Assembly (NCBI GenBank): GCA_000934665.2
Contig: KZ538845.1
Span: 1 to 44,843 of the forward strand
Direction of reading: 5' to 3'
From: Catajapyx aquilonaris
Taxonomy: Eukaryota
DNA length: 44,843 bases
The notes beneath the pieces were generated by a model. That model ran no database searches and had not been told where the DNA came from. It saw only the letters and a program-made list of their open reading frames with translations. Both the position numbers and the translations under genes were made by a program. Shown here piece by piece: positions 24,284 to 35,740 of this stretch. Numbering within the stretch: position 1 is the first letter of the stretch; each line of letters opens with the position of its first letter.

Positions 24284-27200
24284 ACCCATTCTTCGTGACT
24301 GCATCATGAGTAGCTAATCCGTTTGTCAAAATTTTGGGAATAATAATTCGCGATTTAAAATGTTCACAGGATATGTTCTTTGATATATTCACTATTGCTC
24401 TTATCGTATATTTGGATTTTCCCAATATTATTCATATCTGTGTTGTTGTTTTTTGGTCCGTGGATGGCTGGCTATACCTTTCCTCATGGTAATGATTCTG
24501 ATTGACTCCTACAACCAAAATTTTGTCCAAGAAGATAACGCATGTTTATCATAAGTAACGAGAAAATAATAACAGTAAGGCAAGTATCCTATCAGATAAC
24601 ATGATCATCTGATCATACACTTGTGTCGACTTTTAAAAAGTATTATGATATTCATCCGATATCACCCCATTGATAAATGTCCCCAATAACAAGAGGTTAA
24701 TAGGTTAATGCGTCATTCCTCTCGCAATCAAACTAAATGTAAGAAATTGCGCAAACATTGCTTTCAGTATGTCATATTGACTTCTACGTCTATGTTCAAT
24801 GTTTATATATTGTTGGCTACGACTCTACGAGTGGAAGTGGCCAACAATGTACAGGCGTAAGGTACAGTTTCATCTGCCAAGCCAACTGACCAACATCTTA
24901 AAATGCTTCATTTTCAATCCATTCATAGTCGTACTACGTTGGCGAACGCAATCAATTTGAAAGGTCTTTGATTCGGCAACACCGCTTCATCATTATCTTG
25001 GCCGGTGTGGCTGGTGGTATGGCATAGTGAGTTTGGGAGAATGAGAGATAGGATCTTTTTGTACACCTCTGTCAGGACGTCATTGGTCCATTCCATCGTT
25101 CATCAGCAGTGCTGTAATCACTTTTGAAATTTTTATGGGGATAAAAGTAACCAATAATTGAGTGCGTAATTTAAAACATCAAGATTTCGTAATTAGTATG
25201 CCTACATGCGTACAGCAGTCATACCGAAAAAGGGCACATCTCTGCAATTGGGATGAGAACGTTTGGGCAAGACAACTCGATAGAAAACACGACGTCATTG
25301 CAATGTGCAGATGTGCCTTTTTTATATATAGAACCGCTGTACAGTCTGCATTCTTGGCCGAGGCGTCAATGTAAGTGCACCACAAAGTTGTGGCATCGCA
25401 ATTGAAGGACCTTTTGGCAATTAATTTTTTGTTTATTACCTTTCTAAAAGTACGGTAAGCTGCGTTTTCCAGCATTTCCCAATTATCTGGATAACAAGTG
25501 ACCAGAGTTGATCAGAAGGCCTACCCTCATCATTCTTAATTGGCCAAGTGGCCATGGTTGAAGCACTTTTTGTCATACTCTAAGTTCATTGAGGCAAATC
25601 CAATAAGGCTTTTTTTTCATCTCAACTGTGCTTCGAAGTGATATGATGCGGTTTTTACTTCCCAGATTATATTTTTTAATAATTTGTTTTCACATGAAGT
25701 GACTGCATTCTCTCTTATTATACTGCAGGAAATGAGTAACATTCTGTTATTTTCTCCGTTTTCGAAAGGACTGAAAAATATAAAGGAAGGGCCTCGGGCA
25801 AGTTTTGCTCTCTGGGTTTTATGCAAAGTAGGGTTCGGAGTGGAGGAGAAAAGATACATTAAAAAATCCTAGAAGCTTTGATGCGATATGAAGCAGAAAC
25901 CAAACTTAAGAACTTTAATAAGCTAAAGTATTGAACCGCTTCACGTGCCACAATGTAACTTAACTCTATAGGGCTCTAATGTCTAAACTCTAAACTCTAA
26001 AGCATCAAATGGCGCATGCAGAAGTTGCACAGCAATGCTTATAATGGTATGTCTGTATAGCTGTACGATGGGGAATAGTTGTATAAGTAATTATTCCGCG
26101 AATTAATTCTCTGAAAAGACTCATCACTTGACTTGATGTTTTATGTATATAATATTAAAAATTTCCAATTCACATTTTAAATGTAAATTTCATTATTTTT
26201 TTGAAATGATTAGGAAATGAAAATATCAAGAAATTGTATAGCAGAGTACAGTACATGAAAAGTCTACAATGTAGATATTATGACGGAGAAAAAATGTGCG
26301 TCTATCCTGTATACCGTATAGTAGTATTCTAAAATTTTACTATGTCTTATTATGCGAAGAAAATTGCATTTTGGACAAGAAAATATCTCTCTACTGTACA
26401 CACCAAGTGATATTTCCCCACTGAACAAAAAAGCTAACTAGATGGTGCAATTATTTTAAATGTACATCTGAATAAAAAGATAACAAAATAAATATCATCC
26501 TCCGAAAGGTCCAGTACAGATAGGTCTACTGCATAATAATAATACGAAACATGTTCCGAGTTACTTAAAATTCGACTTACATATACCGGTAGCCTACGTA
26601 TTATTGCAGAACTATCCATTTACTTAAGTAGGACACTTATGCTATACGGAACGTTTAGTGAAATACATAGCAACTAAATACAGTATAGCTAGTACAGAAA
26701 ATTTTCGTGTATAGTACGTAATATGAATTTTGCGGTTTCAGCTCACGCAGTCCTATACTGAAGTAATCCTCGGAGTCTTTTTTCAAAGGTGCCACCTGCT
26801 TTTTAAATTAGACTACAGGAAGTATCGCACTCCAAGTGGATACAAAATACGCCACAAGGGAGGCTACGCCCACGAAATATGAAAGGACATTGGACATGCA
26901 ACCTAGTTGGCATTCAGCGTCAGAGGTACCGGTATTTCCATGACGCATGACCTTAAGGTGATAACATTGTAACTATTAAGGTTTAACACTTGTGGTATAA
27001 GTTAATTAAAATTCTGATAGCCTGGTCGTCTATATTAGATTAGCTTTGCATTCCACCTCCGGGATTCCTGAGTTCGATCCTCATATTTCGAATGGAATAA
27101 TTTCAGATGTATAGTAAAAGCATAGCCTACTCGCCCCCCCCCCCTCCCCCGTTTCTTCCCGTGCAAGGTAAATTGTCGGTCAGCTCTACGAAAGATTACA

Positions 27201-28249
27201 TTATTTTAAAATACTGTTTCTTTCTCTTTTTGGTGGGTGCAACATAAAGTAAATGATATATTACAGAGTATTGAAAAATAATAATATCACGACGCGCCAG
27301 AATAGCACAATAACTTCTGGAGAACACTGCGCTGGAAATGTTCCAAGAGCGTGCCAAAATTTATTTGGCAACAGTACAAATAATATTTTGCGAGACAGTG
27401 CTTATATGAGCATAATCGTGAAACAGTAATTCTCCACAACAAGTGGTCCACTTGGGAAGACAGTGCCGTTACTATACAAAATTAATCAAAGCCAAAGATA
27501 AAGCAATAAATAAAAGTAGGCCACTTAATTTGATCTAAAGTGAAGAGTTGAAATTCAGAAGTTTTTGAGAGTTTTGAGAGTTTTTGAGATACGGTATACT
27601 TGAGGCGGATAATCTTCAATTACAATAATCACTCGATTATCCGGACATCGACTAAAATGGACTTCCGCATTTTTTGAACATCCCGTATATGGATCACTTG
27701 AGCAAAAGGACATAAATAATATACTAAACATGAAACTAAGCTACCGCCTACCGATATTCAAGAAAATACGACAATAATCTTCCCGCCTTTAAAAAATTAA
27801 AGTTCGCGGGTTTTACTGATTTCCGGAACAATTTTTCTCTACAAAATTTTGCCGAAATCTTTACAATCAAGCATTACCAAAATATCTTCCGAGAACCCTT
27901 CCGGCTGGCCCCCGCGGAACATCGGTTGAAGGCAGAGGCATGTAAACAACATTGTAAAAACTGTAGTCACCTCAGTTTGCACCAAAATTGCACGAATACT
28001 GTTGCATTTAACAATTATAAGAAAGCCTGCTTCAAGAACTTAAGTTGAGTTATAACAAAAATGCTAATGAGGGAGTAAAAAGATATGCCGCGTTAATAAG
28101 TAGACCCCAATTAGTTCGTCTGAGGAAAGGGCAGGTTTCAGAATTTTTTTTCGTTGTGTGTGTATGACCAAAAAAATTGGTTTCATATCCAACGGATATT
28201 TATATCTATCCGGAAATAATTTTACAAATACGATTACAATAATTCACAC

Positions 28250-29087
28250 TAATGAGATATCCGCTGTTCAAAACCGCTGATTGTAAGAACCTGTCGTTTG
28301 GCTATATAGTTACTGACCCACATTTGTGTGGACATTTTATCGGATTTCATTGTTATAGAAGCAACAACGGATTTGGACGTGAACCAGAGCGTTATAGGAC
28401 GGAGTCGCCGATTTTCCCGCCTCTCGCGCACTGCTAAATTCGTTGTTGTTTCCAACAATGAAATCCGATAAATCTCCTACCACAAATAATGCACCTTGAT
28501 ATGATAACATTGTTGCATGTGTTCCTAGCCCGGTTTCTTCGGCAATGACCAGAACCTCGTACCTGGACAAGCTGGAGAATTACTCTCTGCTCAATCAATT
28601 ACCATCTGGAACTGTCTTCCAGAAAGATGATGTACCACTCCAATGCAGTCCTATGGTGAGGCATCATCTGAATCATGAGTGGCTTGGGAGATTGATCGGC
28701 AGAGGTGGGACAGTTGAGTGCTCTTCTAGTTCGCCACAACTTTAACCCCGCTGGATATTTCTTGTCAGTGGGGTCACATGAAAAAAAAATTATTGCCTAC
28801 CAGGTCAAGGTCAGAAATAACCTTCAGTAGCTGATACCAAGCATGATGTACGCTGTGGCTACGGTTACACCTAACATGCTACAAAACACAACCATGCACT
28901 GTTTCTCGCATGTTTCTTTTGTCGGCCTCCCGGCGCGGCGCGGCGTATCGTGCTTCACATTTAAACTTATTGAGTCAGACATTGGAATAAGCTTTGAACA
29001 TGACAATCCGGAAACGTGTATGACACTATGACAGCCTATATTCAGATGTGATTTTTTAAGTTTTGGGTATAGTAATCATCCACCCTG
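28250..29087 (+). pseudogene. Decayed Tc1/mariner-superfamily transposase with right TIR
   Basis: YLDKLEN..VFQKDDVPLQ..VRHHLNHEWLGRLIGRGG...SPQL resembles the YLDML..FQQDGAPPH..VR..LN..FPGRWIGRGG..WPPRSPDL catalytic region; frameshifts and stops; ends ...CACCCTG at 29087. The left boundary is approximate. Confidence 0.8.
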
Positions 29088-29093
29088 CACACT

Positions 29094-29149
29094 GTCCATG
29101 AGGAGAATAATTATGCCGTACAAGGCATAATTATATTCTCCTCATGGAC
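29094..29149. repeat. Near-perfect hairpin
   Basis: GTCCATGAGGAGAATA-ATTATGCC / GGCATAATTATATTCTCCTCATGGAC, with a 6-nt loop and a 2-nt bulge. Confidence 0.8.
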
Positions 29150-31199
29150 GAGTCAAGTATTCTGATAAACTAACGTTTGAAATAATGAAACATGACGAAA
29201 TTGAAACGGGGACGCGTGTAATGTTACACAATGGAGTGGATGCGCAACAATCGAATACTGAAAATGAAATGTGTATTGATGTGGACATGTGCATAGAATG
29301 GGAAAGAATTTTATGAACATTTTGCAGTGTATTTGCCCTTCTAAACGGAAAATCAAACATGACGTATACCCTGCTTGACACACGTTAAGGTTATTTCGGT
29401 TTCTGATGATTCGTTGTCAACCTCCTCGTGGCTCACGGCAAACTGAAATAATAACTTAATTGATTTGTGCGTTAGAGCACCCAAATCTATTTATATCGTA
29501 CATGCAACATTAGGGCCGATAGTGTGATGCATGTTGACCCATTTTCAAGCCCACAGGGGAGTAGCATATAGTGCTTGCTGTACTGTCCAGTCCATACCAT
29601 CATGTACCACATGCCAAACTAGAACTGGAGTGCTTCTTCGTATTGAGCAAGCTAGCAGTCATCTTGACAATGTAGTTCGCACGGGTACTTAAAGTGGGGG
29701 ACCACTCGCAATGGCCGAATGGGGGCAAAACGCCTTTGGCATAATTATTTATGTAGCGTGGCATTAAGTAGGCTTACATGCAGGTTTCTCTATATGAAAC
29801 GCCAACGCAGTGCAGGCAAAGCATAATACTGCAAATATAATGGTAGACCTATACACTCACGTTATTGACTTTACAATAACATACGGTATGTTTTCATCCA
29901 CCACGAATGTCGTTTTTTGGTGTAAGTTTATGGTTCACTTCAGTCTATCACAGTTATTATTATTAGCCAAAAATACTGTCAATTACTACTTGTATCTATA
30001 CACAGTGAAACCGGAGTCCTGCCACTATCATAGCTCATGCTGACAATGGTTTACAAAAATTGGCTTTGCATTATCAGCTTCAATGATACATGCGTCGCTC
30101 TCAAGCCGAACTGGGCTACTTCCAGTAAAGCTCTTTTCCGAATCATCTGGTGTGAAGTGGTCTGGTGTTTTGCAGGACTTCCCAAGTGCCATAACTCAAT
30201 TTCAAGAGAACATGAACGAGAAATCATTGTCTTGCCTACTCGAGTGACACAAATACTCGCAATCTCGCATTACAGGGCGATCAAAATAATATTAAACAAT
30301 AACTCTGAGCAATATTTTCAGTGTTGTCTCGACCTTATATGTATGTTTAGACTAATAAAAAATGAAGAAATCAATCACCACATTTTAGTAATTAAAAGAT
30401 CGATATTTTAAAAACATTAAAATGAAAATGCAGCTGGTGTAATTGAGACAGTAAGACACAAGTCGCCATTGTATTTACGAATGTCCTTTTTCTAACTCCG
30501 AGAACTAATTACTAAATTTGTATAACATGTACAGTACACTACCGGAAAATACTGATTATTAAATAGCAATGTTGTGGAAATGATGATACTGTAGCCTACT
30601 ACCGGTATAGCATCATCATAAGCTTATTCTATTTGTGGTAATTTTCCGAAAAAACCCCGTTCTTGATCACATTTTTAATTTTTCAGAGTAGGCATACTGT
30701 ATCTATTGTATATCATGTTTGCTGCACGTAGTAGAGTACTCAGTAAAAAATATGTTATTACATTCATATGAGTTCCGTCAGTTTTGTAGGTCAATGTGTT
30801 CCTGTAGGCATGAAGCTGCAGAATTTATGCATTGGCAATATGGCATCGATTGACATCATAATCCGGCCACATTATTATTCGGCTGTTGCAGTATGCAGTG
30901 CATTTCTGCTGCATCCAATATAATTCAATATGTATTATCATTCTCTCTTACCTTTTTAAAAATGCAAACCCACTAACAATGCCGTCAGTGAATTTGTTTG
31001 GTACTGCACCTAAAACAGTCTAATCTAGCCAACTGCTCCATTCTTATCTCTTAAGCTAAACGTACAGTACCGGTATAGGCTACATTATTACAATAAAAGA
31101 TAATAGCATCTCAACCGCTGAAGCCGGAGTGAGCAAAGTAAAACGTGTAGCTCTGTCATAAAATTATGAATGAGGCTGGTTGAAGAACGGTACCGGTAC

Positions 31200-31461
31200 C
31201 TTTAATGCAACTGTGCTTCTGTAGGAAGTTGATCCTGCGGTTCCTCAGCTGCTTGACGTTCTTGGCCTCTGCCGGAGCTTCGATGGCGGAAAATATGGAG
31301 GCCCCGATGACCAGGAAGAGGACATAGAAGGCGGCCAGGAGCAGGAGTCGGCCGTTGCTGCGGCTCATACCGACGACACCTCCTCCGCCTCCGCCGCCGC
31401 CACCGACGCCAGTGCCCCCCGGAAGCACTTTGCGCAGCGAGTCCGCTGTTATGGACACCAT
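31200..31461 (-). CDS. K2P channel alternative first exon A (distal): Gly-rich N-terminus, TM1, cap helix 1
   Basis: GTC-ATG-G at 31461; ...RLLLLAAFYVLFLVIGASIFSAIEAPAEAKNVKQLRNRRINFLQKHSCIK; phase-1 donor AAG|GTACCG; GC-rich codons. Joined CDS is 1110 nt = 369 aa. Confidence 0.9.
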
Positions 31462-31854
31462 GACTCAGCACGAGCAGGGACGGACCTACGGACTCAGTGT
31501 TGACCTACCACCGGCCAACTCGTCCCTTGCTCTACCCGTTAACCCCTGCCTGCTGACGTCGATGTTCCCACCCGACCCCTGCCTACAGGGTACCACTTTC
31601 TTCTGGCTGCTGCCTGCAGCCAGCCTCTGACCAGCACGCCGTGTTCGATATTCCTTGCTTCAACCACCCCGTACGCGCATGTCCCAAACTCTCATTCATA
31701 CTGTCTCCAGTTGCACACCTACGTAAGCCCTACGCTATAGCTTCTGCCTGCTCGTCTTCTCCATTTCATCAGTGGATGAAAGGGGATGGAGAGAATGATG
31801 GAAAATCAAACCCCCACTGCCATTCTGTAGGTTCCGACTGTATAGTCATAGCGA

Positions 31855-31900
31855 TGGTTACGTCAGAAATGGCCAGTGGAACTACGCTCTATTTATAACT
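31855..31900 (-). promoter_or_regulatory. Putative distal K2P core promoter
   Basis: TATAAATA on minus at 31897-31890 (overlapping MEF2-like CTATTTATAA) and CRE-like TTACGTCA at 31858-31865, at the edge of the GC-rich 5'-UTR region. Confidence 0.4.
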
Positions 31901-34900
31901 CGCGCATTAAAAAAAAATATCCTGGACAACCACAACCCTCATAACAGGAGCACTTGGTTTTTTAATATTATATGCTTGCTTGCCTCATTCCATTCTGGGC
32001 AACCTCAGAGTCTAGTTTTGCTTGTAACACTGCTCAAAATAAGAGAATGCTGTATGTTTGTGACACGGATTGTTTTCTATGTAATTCTCATTACGCTAGT
32101 AGCGCATTTACGAGTAAAAATATGTTTTACGAGCAACATCGGCCTACCTAGTATCACGGGTAGGCCTATAGAGTAGGGCGGTCCATTGTCATAGCAGGTT
32201 GTAATACCAGATAGGGTCAATTAAGTATATGAGAACTAATGGATCCGATTTCTATTTGACTGTGTGGCCCAATAGGCATCGATGGTTTTTCCCCCCGTCA
32301 AATAGAAATTGGATATACATTCGGAATCCGAGATTCTTATTGAGACCCGCGCTGGTGCAACCGGCTCTGAGTTGCATACGTGTAAATATTCATCTAACCT
32401 CTACCCAAATTTAATCTCTACCCAAAAGACAGACCCAGGTCATCAGGTCCCACTCTGTATAAGGGCGTACGTGGCATCCTGTTTGTTGTTCCATCACCGA
32501 CCAACAACCACTGCTACTGGGTAGCCCGGGGTAGTCTGACGCGCAGGACTTGCTCTGCCATATGTTAATCTTACTATTAGATCGTATATAGTCTAACAAG
32601 AATTAATACAAGATTATATGAGATATTATGGCAAAAGTAGGTTAATTTTGTATCGGAACATCGTAAAGACTATATACCGCCACTGCATAAGACCGAGATG
32701 AAGTACGAACCGTCATGAACGCGATGAACTGTACCGGTATATAGGCCTTCTGCATATCGTATTATATCGTAGGACACGTACCGTAAATATCAAAATAAAA
32801 GGCCCACATTCCTATCAATGAAAATTGGCCACTCCTGCACCCTATAGTGTACAGTACAGTACAGCACAGTATACACGACGCGTATATAGTAGAAGCCCCG
32901 TACACTACGCTCATCTCCTCTATTTTGCAGTCAGGAGGGCCAACGCGACCTCTTGAGCGGCTCTGAGCTGAATTATTTTACATATGGTATTTTTAAAACT
33001 ATGTGCAGTTTAAAGGGAATAACACGTGAACGTGCTATTCTTCGAGATATTTGTTGCCAAAACCATTTATTTGAATATTGCTTATAATATTAGGCAAATA
33101 CTGTAGCATCAATACTGTATTCAGTTAGCCTAAACAAAAGTTATAATATGGATAATCCGTGTATGCTTATTTTTCTCATGAAAACCTTTTGTCACTTTTC
33201 TCGAGATAGCTCAAAAATGGCACTAAAGCAAACGATACTGTGATAATGTTGAAACATAAGAATGTGCTACGAGTTATTCACAGTATAGACTATTGTTTGT
33301 TCTGGGAGAGATTTGGGTTGTTAGTCGTCACTTATAATGATAGATGAAACTGGCCTTCAATGAGATGATTTCAGTAAGAGCTTCGATCCACTATACTATA
33401 TTTGGGAATGCGTCAGTTTCTGGGTGTGGGAATCCACAGATTCTCTATCCCAAACAGAGCCTGATGCGGCCTGATGTTTGAGGGTGTGTTGTGCAAAATA
33501 CACATGCCCACCGAAAACATTTCATGAACTACAGTCCTAGAGCATTATTTATGACACAAGAAACATGTTGTAGGCTACCTGACACTGGCTGTTTTATACT
33601 CGTATCTGATTTTTGTCAGAGACACTATATGTATTTTGAACTGCTTAGCCCAAACCCTTAATGTGACTTAAGTCAGTCGGAGTATACCGGTAGGTCTTGA
33701 ACGATTATAATGATACATACCGCAACTGCACACGCGTACATACAAGCACACTACCTTGCTGAACGTGGCCTCTAAACATGCACATGCATGTTATCTCACC
33801 CCTTGTCGACTTCATATCCGCTAACGTTTCCTAATTCCGTCATACGATATCTGCGGTCACATAGACTTTGCAGTTCATCTGAAGGATTAAACAGAGTTTG
33901 GGAGTCTGAAAGTATATGCATGTGCAGGGAAATAAAAATATGCATCATTCTGAAGGCCTACTACTCGTATTTCACTATTTTCTGCAGAATGATGTAGTCT
34001 TCCATATTTTATCGAGGGGTGGTACTGATGTAGGCTACTGTACTTACAACATTTCAACAAAACATATATTTTCCCCCTTCAAATTACCTCTATCAAGCAA
34101 TACCTTTTTAAATGATTTCGCAGGTGCATCATTTTGATAGCCTTTTGAAGCAGTTTTTGTATTCAAATTTTTGCTTCAAGTGGCACAAGCAAATGGATAT
34201 GTTTATAGGTGCCTCAGTTTGCAAGACGTGTTTTTATCTTTATTTTCAACTTCAGGTGTAATTTCTTGATTATAAAGATATTACCGAATTGTAAAATACC
34301 GTAGACCTACTAATAAAATCCTGTAAAGTTACGTATGCCTCATAGGCAATCCTCAACGCCATATAAACATGTTTTCACCTTAAGGTGCCTTCATTGGTTC
34401 TTTTGCCACCCCCCCCCCCCTCAAGATACTGTACAGTATACCACCAACTCAGTTGACTCCTGCTGCTGCGACAGCCATACTCACAGTCATAGGCAGAGAA
34501 GAGCATATATTTTTTCATGTAATGGTACAGTACTACGTAAAAGGACATGTGGGACCCCTGACTTATTCCGGGCGGAAAGAGACCTTGGCCTCTCATGTCT
34601 TTTTTGCAAAGATAACAATCATTGGCAAGTGAGTTAGCCAGATGGCGGAAGAGTCATGGCTGAAGAAAGTGACCGCTTCTGACATGGATCACGACCTGGA
34701 TATAGAAGATTAAAAGTGGCGGCTCACCATTAAAAGGCCCCATTAAACTTCAATTTCGTTACTTTTGTATGGATAGTAAAATGCACGTAACAAATTAATG
34801 ACCAGGTAAGTAGGCCCTAATGCCACTACGGAAGGTAATTAAAACCTGCGGCTGCCCTGCCAGTAACCTTTCATTTCAGACTACTTGTAGCCTACATGGA

Positions 34901-35490
34901 ATGTAGCTTTGAATATTTCAGTACAGCACAAGCAAGCATATTCAGTCCTTGATTGTCCAATACCATTCATTTTTGATGCATTGGCCAGGAATATCGGGCT
35001 TCTGGCCGTTCTGACCCACAAACATCAGTGCACATAACGCATTTCAAATCCGCTACATTCAGTACAGTTTCTCCTTTTTTGTCAACTTGCACTTTGCAAG
35101 CCATAGTTGTTAACCGATTTTCATATACTTTCGGATGTTCCCCTTCAAAAGTTTGAAATTTGCGGGGATGAGGAATTGACCAGACGTCAGAAGTGCGTCA
35201 GACGATGGTCAGACGCGTTCTCCTACTTTACACCAAACAGCTAGATGTCAGGAGCAGTCTAGCAACAACAAGGATGAGATGGCAGCACCAACCAAGTGAC
35301 GTGACAAAGGAGTAGGCAGCGTAGGCTGACGACGCCGTTGGCTACCTCAGGTAGTAGGCTCTGCCTAACTGTCATAGTGTGAAAACCCGGTAAACCCAGC
35401 TCCCCCTCAGTTGGACTACCCTGGCGTCTTTCTCCTCTCCCCACTTGCTCTTCTCCCTCCCCCGCCGTCCCACCCCCGTGTGGCGTCTGC

Positions 35491-35504
35491 ATCCCCATAG
35501 CAAC
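35491..35504. promoter_or_regulatory. RFX X-box
   Basis: ATCCCCATAGCAAC fits RTHNYYWTRRNRAC at 14/14; it ends 72 nt before the ATG at 35576. Confidence 0.6.
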
Positions 35505-35575
35505 CCTCGTTGCCCCGCTTGCTAGCGACGGACCCAGCTACCCACCAGTGGCACAAGACCTGCCAGTCGCACAAG

Positions 35576-35740
35576 ATGTTTCGCTTTGAAGCCGTTGTCC
35601 AAAATAGGATGCATCCGTCCAGTGGCCGAAGGTGCTCACGAACATGTGTGACGATTGAGGCGAAGGATGTCGAAGGAGAAGGACCACAGCAGTTCATCCG
35701 AATCACCACACAGCAGAATCTGCAAGGGATTTATTATGAG
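35576..35740 (+). CDS. Probable first coding exon of unidentified gene (55 aa)
   Basis: GC/CpG-rich upstream region; ACAAG-ATG; MFRFEAVVQNRMHPSSGRRCSRTCVTIEAKDVEGEGPQQFIRITTQQNLQGIYYE; strong phase-0 donor GAG|GTGAGA. No homolog recognised. Confidence 0.55.

Noticed and set aside
31355..31630. Plus-strand poly-Pro ORF
   Set aside because: Antisense shadow of the poly-Gly codons in K2P exon A.
34632..34713. Short ORF MAEESWLKKVTASDMDHDLDIED
   Set aside because: Only 23 codons, with no convincing splice context or recognisable homology.
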